Below, in pieces: positions 23,390 to 35,559 of a DNA stretch of 64,000 bases. Within the stretch, counting starts at the first letter, position 1. Each line of letters opens with the position of its first letter. The notes below the pieces were generated by a model, which worked only from the letters and a program-made list of their open reading frames with translations, was not told where the DNA came from and did no database searches. Origin of the DNA: Felis catus (taxonomy: Eukaryota); assembly GCF_018350175.1 (NCBI RefSeq), contig NC_058371.1:200012001-200076000 (forward strand). Direction: 5' to 3'. Position numbers and translations under genes: made by a program.

Positions 23390-24953
23390 TTTTAAAGTTA
23401 GTTTATTTATAATGAAGAGTCGGGTGGTTAACCGACTGAGCCACCCAGGCGGCCCTCGGGGACACTTTTGATGTTAAGGAGTTTATCCGTTGTTTGTCCT
23501 GAGGACCATTCTGCTGTCTGTCCTCTGCCTCCTGATCTCATATGAGGTAATAATAATTATTATTTTCATGCCATACAGAGGGGGTATTTGTTTAATTTGT
23601 ATACAGTCGATGCTCAAACAGGCCAATCTTCCCCTTTACACGTTCTAAGTTTTGTGTCTTGCTTAGAAAGATCTTCTCCCCTTCCAAACTATCATTTTTA
23701 CTTAATTTGCTTTTATTTATTTATTTTTCAAAACTACCACTTAGAAAAATTTTTTTTAAGGTTTGTTTTTGAGAGAGAGAGAGAGAGAGACAGAGTGAGT
23801 GAGTGTGGGGGAGGGGCAGAAAGGGAGACAGAATCCGAAGCAGGCTCCAGGCTCTGAGTTGTCAGCACAGAGCCCGACGTGGGGCTCAAACTCGTGAACC
23901 ACGAGATCAAGACCTGAGCTGAAGTTCGACGTTTGAGCCACAAGGCGCCCCCAAACCATCATTTTTAAAACAACATGCTTTATTATAGACCTTTGATAAC
24001 TTTCGCTTCAACCTCCGATCCCTCCTGAGTGTGTTTTGAGATAAGGAGCACAGAGAAGTCTGGCCTTACGGGCCGGCTGTTGAGACCCACAGGCCAATGA
24101 GCACCGCTGTCCGGCTAATCCGAATTGCCCCCTGCATGGGACACCAAATCCTTCTGTGCGGCTGGTCTGCCGCCCCGCTGTCTCCTCTGTCGGGCCAACA
24201 GCAAACCGCCCCCCACGCCTGCAACGGTACGACCCGTGTTAAGAACAGGGATGAGCGGGCCTTGTCCCTCAGCTTCCCACAACTGTTTACCTACTCTCAC
24301 ATTTAGGACCTAAGACCTCTGCTTTTCTAGCTCAAAAACTATTCCCTTGAATGTTCTGATGGGATTACTTCGAATGCAGAGATTAAATTTGCAAGAATTG
24401 GTATGCTCCGTCTAGTGATTCGTTTTAGCCTAAAAGAACTTGTATTTATGTAAGTCTTTAGTGTTTATTGTTATTAGAAACAGGATTTTGATTTTCATTC
24501 CTTTATTCCTTTATTTATGTTTATTTATTTGAGAGAGAGATACAGAGCAAGCAGGGAAGGGGCAGAGAGAGAAGGAGAGAGGGAGAATCCCAAGCAGCAG
24601 GCTCCGCACCGTGATTGCAGAGCCTGATGCGGGGCTCGAACTCACGAACTGGGAGATGAGGACCTGAGCCGAAACCAAGAGTTTGCCGACTGAGCCACTC
24701 AGGCGCCCCCATCTCCATTCCATTTTTTTTTTTTTTTAATTTTTTTTTTCCAACGTTTATTTATTTTTGGGACAGAGAGAGACAGAGCATGAACGGGGGA
24801 GGGGCAGAGAGAGAGGGAGACACAGAATCGGAAACAGGCTCCAGGCTCCGAGCCATCAGCCCAGAGCCTGACGCGGGGCTCGAACTCACGGACCGCGAGA
24901 TCGTGACCTGGCTGAAGTCGGACGCTTAACCGACTGTGCCACCCAGGCGCCCC
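23390..24953 (-). mobile_element. Cluster of minus-strand Can-SINEs (23390-23455 internally deleted; 23745-23950; 24510-24710; 24722-24953 near-consensus) among old L1 fragments
   Basis: SINE bodies; TSD-like ctccattccattttt flanks the 24722-24953 copy. Confidence 0.85.
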
Positions 24954-25739
24954 CTCCATTCCATTTTTTAAAGTGCTTTTGAATTACTTCATAGAAAAGC
25001 TAACGATTCTTTATATTGATTTGTAATCAGCCAAAGGACTCTCTTATCATTTCCGATGGGTTTTAGGAGCACGCTCAGGGTTTCGGGGAGACAGATCCAC
25101 ACATAGCTGCTAACACTGAGCCTCACCCTCGGTTTGCGGCTGCCTCCCAGGACCCGGGCAGACGGGCTGCTCTCCGTGTTAACATTTGCATCTAAGGCTT
25201 CTCGAGTCACCCTGCGGCGACCAGCCGTGTGGTGCCTCACAGTCTTGCTGAAGCCCAAATGAGCGCGTCCAGCCAAAAGACACGGAGGAAGCAAGCAAGC
25301 AAGCAAGCACTTCCCTACCAGTCGAAGCCAGCTGGCCTCCCAGCTCACTCGGCCCTGCATGGCCCACGATTCCTCGGAGGGGAAGGACATGACGTGCGCC
25401 ATGTGACAACTCCCCATGGATTCCACGCGGCGCCAGGTTCTAGGTCTCGCAACCACATGGAGTTTCAAAAGTTGTTTCGTTTCCCAAAGGTGACAGGGGA
25501 ACGATCTAATAATCCAAACGAGCACAGGGGACCACAATGAAAACATACAACCATTGTTTTCCATCTGTGAGCCCCGGGTCCCTAGACCCCACCCCAGGGG
25601 GCAGTTCCTGCTCCTCGGTCCCTCGGTGTCCTGTAAAAGACAGCCTGACACTGACGAACGGAGAGCAGGGCATAGGCTTAGGTCCTCGAAGAGGTGAGTA
25701 ATGTGCTCTCTCTGGGCGAGGGAATGTTCTGCAGCCATG

Positions 25740-26720
25740 AAAGGAACCAAGTATTGATATAGACCACAGCACAGACAAGCCGCAAAAACATGAAGCTAAA
25801 GTGAAAGAAGCCGGACGGAACAGGCCACATATGGTGTGATTCTTTCCCTCTGGTATGCCCAGTGTGTGGATAGAGATTCTACTTACATAAATGGGTTGGA
25901 AGAAAGCTTAGCGCGGAAAACTGCCACCACGGGGTGAAAACACCCGAGGTTAGCTAGCGAGAACCACCCACCCCAGGTTGGCTAGCGAGATATTGCAATG
26001 GGATCATGAGTGACTTGTTATCTCACCTGCAGGAGGTTACTTTCCATCCGGCGCCAATGCACCTTGATCCCAAACTCCACTTGCCCGCCAGACCCTTTGC
26101 TTCTTACACACACAAGTTGATGATTACTGTCTGATTGTTTTCTCCATGTTCACGTGTGTGAGATCTTTCTTCACACTCACCATGTGGGTAATATCTTGTG
26201 AGCTCAAGAAATACGGAGACCAAACCCCTGTTCGGGGCTCTTGTCGCCTCTCAGATATTAGCCTCTCTCGTATTCAATTCTGCGTCTGCTCTCTTGCTGG
26301 ATAAGAGAGAACTCCAGACTCCTAGTCTGCGACAGTCCAGAAAGGCACATCCGACAAGAAAGAGATTCCTGGCTGACAGAGACTGTGAGAGGGGAGATGG
26401 GAAGTGCCTGCTAGTGGGTCTGGGGTTTCTTTCTGGGGAGGATGGGGAATCTTCTGAATAGAACAATTGCTGCATTAGGGGCGCCTGGGGGGCTCAGTCA
26501 GTTAACTGTCCCACTCTTGATTTCAGCTCAGGTCATGATCTCACGGTTCATGGGTTCAAGCCCCACATCGGGCTCGCTCTCTCTCCCTCTCTCTCTCTGC
26601 CCCTCCCCTGCTCATTCTCTCTCTCTCTCAAAAGTAAACAAATACACATGTTTTTTAAAAACGACTGCATGGTACATTCTTAAATGGTGAAATTGTGGTA
26701 AGTGAATTACATCTCCATGT
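25740..26720 (+). mobile_element. L1M 3'-end fragment interrupted by an LTR and a SINE (26478-26640)
   Basis: gctaaagtgaaagaagccggac...gccacatatggtgtgatt | LTR | gtccagaaaggcacatcc...; ...aattgtggtaagtgaattacatctc. Confidence 0.65.
25863..26334 (+). mobile_element. ERV solo LTR A (472 bp)
   Basis: TG...CA termini; imperfect 6-bp TSD GCCCAG/GTCCAG; U5 similar to LTR B. Confidence 0.8.
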
Positions 26721-26921
26721 GAAGAGTTAAAAAAACTAAGTGGTCTATGGAGACACAAACAGGTAGATACACAAACAGAGACACCTGTGGTGTGGCACTT
26801 TGAAGCAAATGCTTTTCCACTACGAGGAAAGAAGCTGCATTCTTTTTACAAAAGAGTAGACTTCAAACATTAATCACTGATCAACATATAACATGATCCC
26901 TTTTTAATTCTTAAAAGTAGT

Positions 26922-27352
26922 ATTTTTTTTAAATTTTTTTTTCAACGTTTATTTATTTTTTGGGGACAGAGAGAGACAGAGCATGAACGGGGGAGGGGCA
27001 GAGAGAGAGGGAGACACAGAATCGGAAACAGGCTCCAGGCTCTGAGCCATCAGCCCAGAGCCCGACGTGGGGCTCGAACTCACGGACCGCGAGATCGTGA
27101 CCTGGCTGAAGTCGGATGCTTAACCGACTGCGCCACCCAGGCGCCCCAAAAGTAGTATTTTTTTTTAATGTTTATTTATTTTTGAGACAGAGAGAGACAG
27201 GGCATGAACGGGGGAGGGTCAGAGAAAGGGAGACATAGAATCTGAAACAGGCTCCAGGCTCTGAGCTGTCAGCACAGAGCCCGACATGGGGCTCGAACTC
27301 ACAACCTGAGCTGAGGTCGGACACTTAACCGACTGAGCCACACAGGCGCCCC
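26922..27352 (-). mobile_element. Two Can-SINEs stacked at one target site (26922-27147 young; 27157-27352)
   Basis: agtagtatttttt occurs before, between and after the two copies. Confidence 0.9.
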
Positions 27353-27629
27353 AGTAGTATTTTTTTTAACTTAAGAAAGCCAAAAAAAACATCTAACAAG
27401 GCATTTTTCAATCCATGGTCTGAAAAAGAAACGTTGGTGTCCCACACTGTGTGAATGGCCCTGCTTTTGCACAGAGACAATGCAACAGACAAAAATCTTA
27501 CAGCATCCTGAGTAGTCCTCCTCTTGCTATGACAAGAATTCAAATCTGGCCTGACATGGGGGGAGGATGCTTCCCCAAGATTAACCTAAAACAGTCACTT
27601 CCCTTATGGGTGACCTCTGGCACATGACT

Positions 27630-28049
27630 TATTATGGGTTGGATCATGTCCCCCTAAAGATACGCTTTAGTCCAGACCCCCAGCACCTCAGAACATGACC
27701 TTATTTGGAAATAGGGTCTTTGCACATGGGATTCGTTACGATGAGGTCACACTGGAGGAGGCGGGCCCTGATCCAATGGCCGGTGTCCTTAGAGGAAGAC
27801 GGTAAGACCCAGGGAGACGCCAGAGATTGTAGGGACCCATCCACAAGCCAAGGGATGGCAAGGATGCCCAATGACATCAGAAGCCAGGACAGAGGCACAG
27901 GACAGGTTCTCCCCCAGACCTTCAAGGGAGCACAGCCCCACGGACATCTTGATTCAAGACCACAGCTTCCGGAATTGTAAGAGAACACATTTCTGTTTGA
28001 AGCCACTAGTTTGTGATGCTTTGTTACAGCAGCCACGGGAACTCATACA
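27630..28049 (+). mobile_element. MaLR MLT1B/C-like solo LTR
   Basis: cctcagaacatgaccttatttggaaatagggtctttgca... and ...ttgttacagcagccacgggaactcataca. Confidence 0.85.
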
Positions 28050-28735
28050 CGTATCCTCTCTCCGTCCACTTCTGTATTTATTAATCCCGGCCTACCTGAG
28101 ATGACCACTAAGTCATTTAAGTACGGGTCATTAAGTGACAGGACACGTGGGAAATGCTAGGCACAGAGTAACTACAAGATCGTATCTGGCTGGACTGTGA
28201 CAGTAATTGGAAACCCTGCTCCTGAGCACGGAGCCTGCACATCCACTGAACACGCACTGAAATAATGAAAAATGAGAGGTCTGCACCTGTGCAGCTCAGC
28301 CTCCTTCCCACCTGTCCGTGTCCCTGCTGGGCCCCCAGCAGGAGGGCTTGAACAGTGAGTGATCTGGGCTTCATCTTCTGCTGGACCTTGACCATCGTGT
28401 GGGCTTACGGGCGGCCCCAGCTGGCGGGTGGCAGGGTGGTGCACACCCTCTCACCCGCAAGACCTTCTCAAATGTTCTCTTGATGTGACACCTTCCTGAC
28501 ACCACGGGGAACATGTGCCTGTCCCCCGTTACCAGACCCCACCGTGCACACACACATCACTGCGTTCACGGTGATTAAAATGGGATTGCGTGCCTGCTAG
28601 GTGGTAAGCGTGAAGAATGGGGTACGCTTTTCTCCGGGGGGGCGACCTCAGGCTTGTTTCCCCCTGACCCTGTCCCCGGGAATGGGGGGGGGGGGGTGAG
28701 GGAAGCCAGCGTGTCACTAGGAAGCACTGGTTATT

Positions 28736-29492
28736 TGTGGGGAATAAGCTTAGGAATTTCCCGAGCCTGCACTGATGGGCTAACAAGGCATAAAGAATTA
28801 GAAACCCATTGGATGTACACACCCAAGTTTGGGTAAACAAGATTTGGTAAATAAGAATAGGTAAAGTGGGGCGAAGGTCCCAGTATAGGACAAAGGTATA
28901 GGAATAGGGGAATCTCAGGATGAAAACATCCAAGACGGTAAGCAAGATTAAGTATTCAGGGCAGAAGCAACCCCCCCTCCCAACTGAGTACTATAGCAGA
29001 AACCTGCTTTCACAGGAAGGAAGGACCAAATTAGGTAAATAGGGCTACAGATCGCTGCAGGGCTAAGTTGCCCAAAGTAGAGCTAATTGGCAAAAGAAAG
29101 GTGCCTTGTTGACCCTGAGGTGGCATGCTCTGTCTTTCTTGTCCCCTAGACCAGTTTAGGTAAACAGAGGCGGGGTCTCACGTCTGCTGTAAACTGCCTT
29201 CCACCCAGCACCAGGATTTTGTTTTGTGTTAACTCAAACCCCTAACACTGCGTATCTTGAAAACCCCCTTGCCCTCATGACCACGAGTTAATGTCTACGA
29301 TTTCATTGTCTCTTTGTGCACACCCAACAGCACGTTTGTAAGCCTTCTGATCCTAATAAAAATGAACAAGGGCCCTTACTCGGGGCTCTTGGCTCTTGTC
29401 TTTTCCTGGACATTAGTCTCTCTCACATTTTTAATGCTGCATCCCGCTTTCTTGCTGGACAAGAAAGAACTCCAGACCCAGAGTCTACGACA
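28736..29492 (+). mobile_element. ERV solo LTR B (757 bp)
   Basis: TG...CA termini; perfect 6-bp TSD GTTATT (28730-28735 and 29493-29498); AATAAA at 29355-29360. Confidence 0.9.
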
Positions 29493-30522
29493 GTTATTGT
29501 AAGCATGACTGCCTGTTGGGGACAGTCATGGATGGTCATGGACTGGACAAGACCTCTATGGCCCCAGGCCATGACCCCTGTGGCCAAGCAGGGTTCCAGG
29601 GCCCAAGCTCACGGACTGCTAAAAATGATTCCTGTCACTTTCTTATGAGGTTTCCTTATGCCTGGGGTCCTGTCCTCATGCATGTGGCCTCGCCTCTACC
29701 AGCAGGTAACCCCCGGGAGGCTGGGAATCTGCCTCTGTGTGGCAGTGAGGACCCTGTCACAGGGGGGTACAGCATGCACACACCCTGCCTCCTGGCCCAT
29801 GTCCTGTAGCAGACTTAGCGGGCCGGAGGCCAGGCTGTGGCCTCCTGTGTCTTGTGAGTATGGACGTTAATCTGGACCCAAGATCACTGCTGGCCTCACA
29901 GAGTGGCCCTGCAGCAAGCAGTGAGGGAGGGGAAGAGGTTTTAAGTCTCTCTGCATCCTTAGGTTTGCTGGATGAGTAAAGAAGTCAAGGGCATGTAAGA
30001 TACAAAGTGCAGAGACAACCCACAGCCATAGGCTTGGGGCCTGGAGCTTGGGAGAGCGTGCATGCGTGGGGTGTGTTCACACACAGCAGACTTTAGGTCC
30101 AAACCTTTCCTTTGTGGACTGTTAGCAGTGACCACAAAATGAAGTAGGAGGTTTCTGAGATAGGAGATCAAACCCTTCCTAGCTTGATAATGAAATTGGA
30201 AAAAGAATCTTGGACCTAATACTTCTCCTCTGAGCCTGAGAATGCATGCGTCTAGGGCACAGGCCACCGAGAGAGAAAGACAGCCACAGAATCAGAGAGA
30301 GGTGGAGAGAAAACACATCTAATAGAATGGCAGCAGCTTAGTCGAGCCTGATCAAAGTCAGTCTCTCCAACTGGAAGAGAAATGTGAACGAGTCATGCCG
30401 ATGATCAGATAGCATCCTTGTTGAAAACTTCACACATCATTTTTAACCGAGACTGCTAAAGTGGCTGCAAAGGAAGAATCACTTACCCAAACTGGAAAGG
30501 TCTCAGATGAGCCAGGACTTAC

Positions 30523-30693
30523 CGACTTGTGACTCTTGGCTGTTATGGTCTTCACCTTGTCGGGGTCCCAGATGACCACGTCGGCGTCTGAGCCCACGGC
30601 AATCCGCCCTTTCCTGGGGTACAGGTTAAAGATCTTGGCTGCGTTGGTGCTGGTGATGGCAACAAACTGGTTCTCATCCATTTTGCCAGTAGC
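30523..30693 (-). CDS. CRMP1: CRMP1 exon 11, [57 protein letters not shown]
   Basis: 171 bp, tag acceptor, tcg|gtaagt donor; amidohydrolase-fold motif [16 protein letters not shown]. Confidence 0.97.
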
Positions 30694-31367
30694 CTAAAGG
30701 CAAGATCCGTTCATGAGAAGAATGCCCCGTAACAGGGCCAGGGGAAGGGCAGACAGGCAAAAATATGGAACTGCCGACAGGAGTCCCTAACAGAAGTCTG
30801 AAATTTTCTCCTCCCCCGCCGAAAACGGGCCATCCTGAAAGAGCCCAAGGGCGCGGCCCCATCGGACTGGAAATGTAATTGACTGCTCAGGGGTATGTTG
30901 TTGGCATTTGCTCAACAGCCACTGTGCCATCTTGTTGGTCTCATTGGGTCCAAGTTTAATAGAAAATAAAAATTTGGGGCTTCAAGTCAGGGAACAGGGG
31001 CTGACTTGTGCAACAAGCACTCTCTCTACCCACTGTCAACCCCAGAAACAAACACACGGTTTACAAAACCATCTTCACAGGAACTGAGATGCGGTCAAAA
31101 CAAAGCTAAAGAAAACATTTTGCATCCTTAAAGAGTAAAGGGCAGCTGTCACGTCTGCAAATACAGAGGACCCCATGGGACCTGTGCTGCTCTCTGAAGA
31201 GTCACACATTTCTTCGTGTGCTCTCCTGGTATATTCTGCTTCTGCCCCAAAGCAAGGAAGGGAGCTTTAAGAGCCAGCAGGGCACAATGCCCCAGCTTTT
31301 GATGGGCCAGAAAGAGTGCTTCTAGAATGTTCCTGGGGAAAGGAACCTCCCCGGGGGGGTTCCTTAC

Positions 31368-31509
31368 CACTGCCTTGTCCCAGACGACGGTCATCCGCTC
31401 CTCTATACCATTGACGCCCTCAGGGATCAGAGTGAAGTTATCCTTGCCCACCGCCTTCTGGGCAGTGCTATAGGGACAGTGGCCACTGCCTGTGACCTGC
31501 AGGTCTCCA
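31368..31509 (-). CDS. CRMP1: CRMP1 exon 10, (C)[47 protein letters not shown]
   Basis: 142 bp, cag acceptor, gtg|gtaagg donor. Confidence 0.97.
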
Positions 31510-32774
31510 CTGCAAGGACAAAAACAAGGTGGGGGTCAGACCTGAGTTCAGGTTGAACTTCAGGCACCCATTGCAGGCTGTGAAACGAAAACCCCCAGAG
31601 ATTCTAAGGAGAGGATTTGGGGCACATCCCAGGAATCGGTGAGTGACATCAGAAGGCCCTCTGGGGGCCATGTATCTTGTTGGGAGAAGGTTCGGTCAGT
31701 GTGGGCTTCAGGCTCTCTGGGTAGGGCTCTCTAGGTGGCCTTCCTCTTCCTCACCTGGAAGAGTGGGCATCTGCCCAAAAGAGGTGCCAGGCAGGGTTCA
31801 AGAGGGAGCGAGGCCAGATCAGCCTTGGCCTTGGGGGACATTGTGGGACTTGGATTCCATGTTGACAGAAGAGGACCCTGGGAGTCTCCAGGCAGAGGAG
31901 TGGTTTGGTCTGAGTTGGGTTTTAAAATCTGGGTGCTGGTTGGGAATAGACTGTGATGTGCTGGGGTGTGGAAGGGGCAGCACAGAAGCAGGGGCCTGTT
32001 GGAGATGAGCCAGGATGGCCACAGCCAATGGGTGAGAAGTGGTCAGATCCCGGGGCCTCTGGGGCCCTGTGTCCTGCCATCTTCAGAGATGCGCAAGACT
32101 GTGGGAGCGTTCGCTTTGTGGGGGACGACGGGGAGTCCATTTGGACTTGGAGCTGCCCGCCAGACAGCAGGCTGCAGATGATGAGTAAGCCCGTGGATAT
32201 GCGAGTCAAGGGTTTTTGCATCATTTGGGAGAGACTTCCATGACAGGCACACACCCTCACCCCCTTGGGGCCCCTCCTGACCAGAAGCCCTGATTTATCT
32301 CCTATCTGGCAAACTCCTACTCCCCCTCTAGCTCCAGGCCCGATGTCACCTTGCCCACGAAGCCTTCTGCAAGTCTCCTGGTTGTGAGCACGTATCTCTA
32401 CTCTCAGAGCAGCCTGGGAACCTCACCACTTACCCTTCTCTATGGCCTGTGTTCTTCCCTCATGCTGGTCAATAGCAGGGAAGGGACCAAAGTGGCTGTG
32501 CTCCTACTGTGTGCACGTGGCCAGGAGGTGCTTTGCAAATAATAGGAGCCACTTAGTGAACCCTAAATCCCAGGCCATTTTCCTACACTGCATCATACCC
32601 AGCTCTGCAATAGATATGTTCCCCCCCACGTTGCCAATGAGGAAACCGAGGCAGAAAGCCATTCCAGGTTATGTGACAAGCCCAAGGTGAATCCTGGACT
32701 CTCATTCCTAATCCTGAGTGCTTCCCGATAGACCTCAGTATACCCAATATACCCCCCACCCCCTGGGCTCTCAC

Positions 32775-32931
32775 CAGGCCAGCAGGGAGGTCAAGTAGTC
32801 AGGTGTCGTGGGGTCCGGGCTCAGAGGAGGAGAGGTCACGAATGCCGCTGCCTTGGCCCAGTTCTTGCTCCAGTAGTGGGTGCCATCGGTCCCCAGGCTG
32901 GCAGCGATGGGCTCGCCAAACACGAGGGGAC
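32775..32931 (-). CDS. CRMP1: CRMP1 exon 9, (G)[51 protein letters not shown](C)
   Basis: 157 bp, aag acceptor, tg|gtgaga donor. Confidence 0.97.
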
Positions 32932-33237
32932 CTTTGGAGACAGACACGAACACACATGGTTAAGGGCAGATAGTCTTGTGTGGGATGCTGGTGTAATAGA
33001 AGTGGAGGGTCTCAGAGACGGGAAAAGGAGGCTCTGAGGGGCAACATGTTGTCTGTCCTTCTTCCTGGCTTCACCACGCAGCCCAGTGACCCCCGGCTGC
33101 CCAGGTACTCACTCAGCACCTGCTGACCCACCCAGCAACCTCCCGGACTGGTCGTGCTTTTAATATTTGGATATGACCATTATCCTCTTTGGCAGATTTG
33201 TCCCTCGAGGCACAGGGACGGGATTTGCTCTCCCAGT

Positions 33238-33640
33238 ATGGATTCTTCCAGAAGCAGATCTTCAAATGAAGGAGGCAAGTTCAAGTGTTTTATTTGGGAG
33301 GTGATTCCAGGCAGCACTGGCTAGAGATTGAGGAAGTGACATAAGGCAGAGAAAGACGTCAGGAACAGGTGAGTTGTCACCAAGCCACGGCCATGGGCAC
33401 CTGCAGCTTGGTGCCGTGGGGGCCTCTGGGATACTGACGGCTGTTGGCACCTCAGGGCTGTCCCACCCCCAGGGTGTGGGAGCTGAGCTGTGTGTCCACC
33501 CCCCCACCACTTGAGAGCTGCTTCCAGAACATTCACTTTCCAGAAATTCCAGTCTGCCTTCTGGGGAGCAGGCCAGATGTGCTTCTGCCAGGACAAAGCC
33601 CATAGGCACGGCTGCAGGTCTGCTCACAGAGAAAGACGCT
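33238..33640. mobile_element. Ancient ERVL/MaLR-type LTR fragment
   Basis: cagaagcagatc...tttatttgggaggtgattccaggcagcac motif. Confidence 0.55.
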
Positions 33641-33729
33641 GCTGGGATGCGGGCCAGTAACACCGCCGAATTTGCCCGGAGCCACGCTGCTGGCCTGGTG
33701 GGGTGGCAGGCTTTGAGCTCCAGCGGTCT

Positions 33730-34330
33730 GGCATGTCCAAGAGCATATTCTACAGTGATGGGAAGGTTCTACATCTGTGCCGCCCAGGACAGCAGCCGCT
33801 AGCCCCGCGTGGCTTCTGAGCATGTGAAATGTGGCTATCACAACCAAGGAACGCATTTAAAATTGTATTTAACTTTACTTAATTTACATTGCCACAGCCA
33901 TGCGTGACTGGAGGTCACCACATCTCTCCCTGCAGCTCTAGGACTGCTTCCAGATTCCTGTTACCTCTCTGAGCCTCAGTTTCCTTATCCTTAAAATGGA
34001 GCCAGTCCTAAGCAAGCTGTGTCATACTAGAGCACTCTCTTTGAATGCCTCTGCTTGTCAGCTTTCCCTTAACGATACTAAAACCAGGCTATGATGGGTT
34101 CAAAGGTGCTCTGTCCAATATGGTGGCCACCACGTGGTTGTCAAGCACTTGCCACTGGGGCTGGTCTGAACTGAGATGTGCTGTAACAGCGACAGACACA
34201 CTGGACTTCAAAGACAGCACAGAAAAAAATAAGACAGATATATCATTAAGATCTTTTCATATAATTAAGTGTTGAAAGAATATGTTGGATATATTAAGTT
34301 AAAATACAGTACTGAAGATTTTTCTTAAAT
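33730..34330. mobile_element. MER3-like (33730-33920) and MER33-like (34107-34330) hAT fossils
   Basis: tgtccaagagcatattct...agcatgtgaaatgtggcta; tctgtccaatatggtggccaccacgtgg...ctgaactgagatgtgctg. Confidence 0.7.
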
Positions 34331-35438
34331 ACAGTTGGTAGTACTTCCCACTCGGGGCTCCTATGAGAAGTAAGGAACATAATGTACACAGTGGATGTTC
34401 CATTACGGTTGTTGTGTTGTTGATTTCCACCTGGCCCTCCCCACGGACCCACAACTCCCCGGTCGGCCTCACATGAAGCAGTGGGAACGGGCGGACCTTG
34501 TCCCGGTGGCAAATGTCCCCAGCGAATGTCCTCCACGACAAAAGGGTTCTGGCCACTGTCTCTGTGCAATGGGCACTAGCCCTCATCTGTCCATCTGTCT
34601 GTCATTCTCTCTCCCTAAGTTTGGATAGGCAGATGTTCTGGGCACCCTTCTTCCTTCTTGGTCTGGTGACTGCTGAAGACTGTTGGACCTCACTCTCGAG
34701 AAGGCCTGGGGACGGTACTCGGGCCCTTGCTCTGAGTCTCCTGTGGTTTAGAACGCACCCACTGCGGCCTTCACCCGATGGTCCTCAGCGCGGCAGGCGG
34801 CCTGATACTGGGGCCCCACTCGGGAGGTGAGGATACCAAGGCAGGAAGTGAATGGCCAACAAGGAGCCGAGAATGGCATCAACCAACACCTATGGAGCCC
34901 TGGGGACCCGCCACGGGCTTCAAGTCTATGAGCCCCTGGGGCCATTCAGAGACAAGGCAGCGGACGCTCAAAGCAGTCATGTAGCACGTCCGTCTTTGAG
35001 CTGGGCGGCTGGCTTCCTGGACCACCTGATGTCCAACACAGACCCCCTGGCTCTGGAAAACCGTCTTCTTCCTTCCCAACCCGCAGCCGAGACTCTGTGG
35101 GCCCCACGACTGACCCTGGATGCAGACACTGACCATGGGGCCCTAGACAGGGGACTCAGGATGAAGGGCCAGAGGGGACCAGAAAGACGGTGGGCAGGAT
35201 CCCACAGCTGACGCAGCCCGGCCCCATCACTGACTCGAGGTGCCATCCAGGACGGAGCTGGAACAATGCAGAGCTCATTATCTGATCCCACAAGGTGGGA
35301 TAATAACCTGCCTGAGGCTTAGACTGCTGGCAGGGTGTCTCTGGGCAGGGGCCCCACCAGTGAACTTGACCCCACCGGACGACCCCCTTCCTTATGGCCC
35401 AGCTGCCCCGCAGGAGGCCCAGGCATTGGGCTGCATAC

Positions 35439-35559
35439 CTTTCTTCCTGGCCAGAGTGATGATGTCCGCTGCACTCTTGCTCATGACCTTCGTGATGTAC
35501 ACCGGGCAATTGATCCGGCCAGCGATGGTGATGGCCCGAAACACAGCCTCGGCCTCTAG
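35439..35559 (-). CDS. CRMP1: CRMP1 exon 8, [40 protein letters not shown](G)
   Basis: 121 bp, cag acceptor, ag|gtatgc donor. Confidence 0.97.

Noticed and set aside
25589-25604. Additional CTCF site (CCACCCCAGGGGGCAG)
   Set aside because: Weaker match than the exon 14 motif; similar partial matches are frequent in GC-rich DNA.
24989-25750. 253-aa minus-strand ORF as a new gene
   Set aside because: Overlaps decayed L1 sequence and a (GCAA)n tract; no recognisable domain; long ORFs arise easily in GC-rich DNA.
25863-29492. A single provirus bounded by LTR A and LTR B
   Set aside because: Each LTR has its own TSD and their U3 regions differ. The intervening DNA is L1, SINE and MLT1 with no gag/pol remnants or PBS that I could see.
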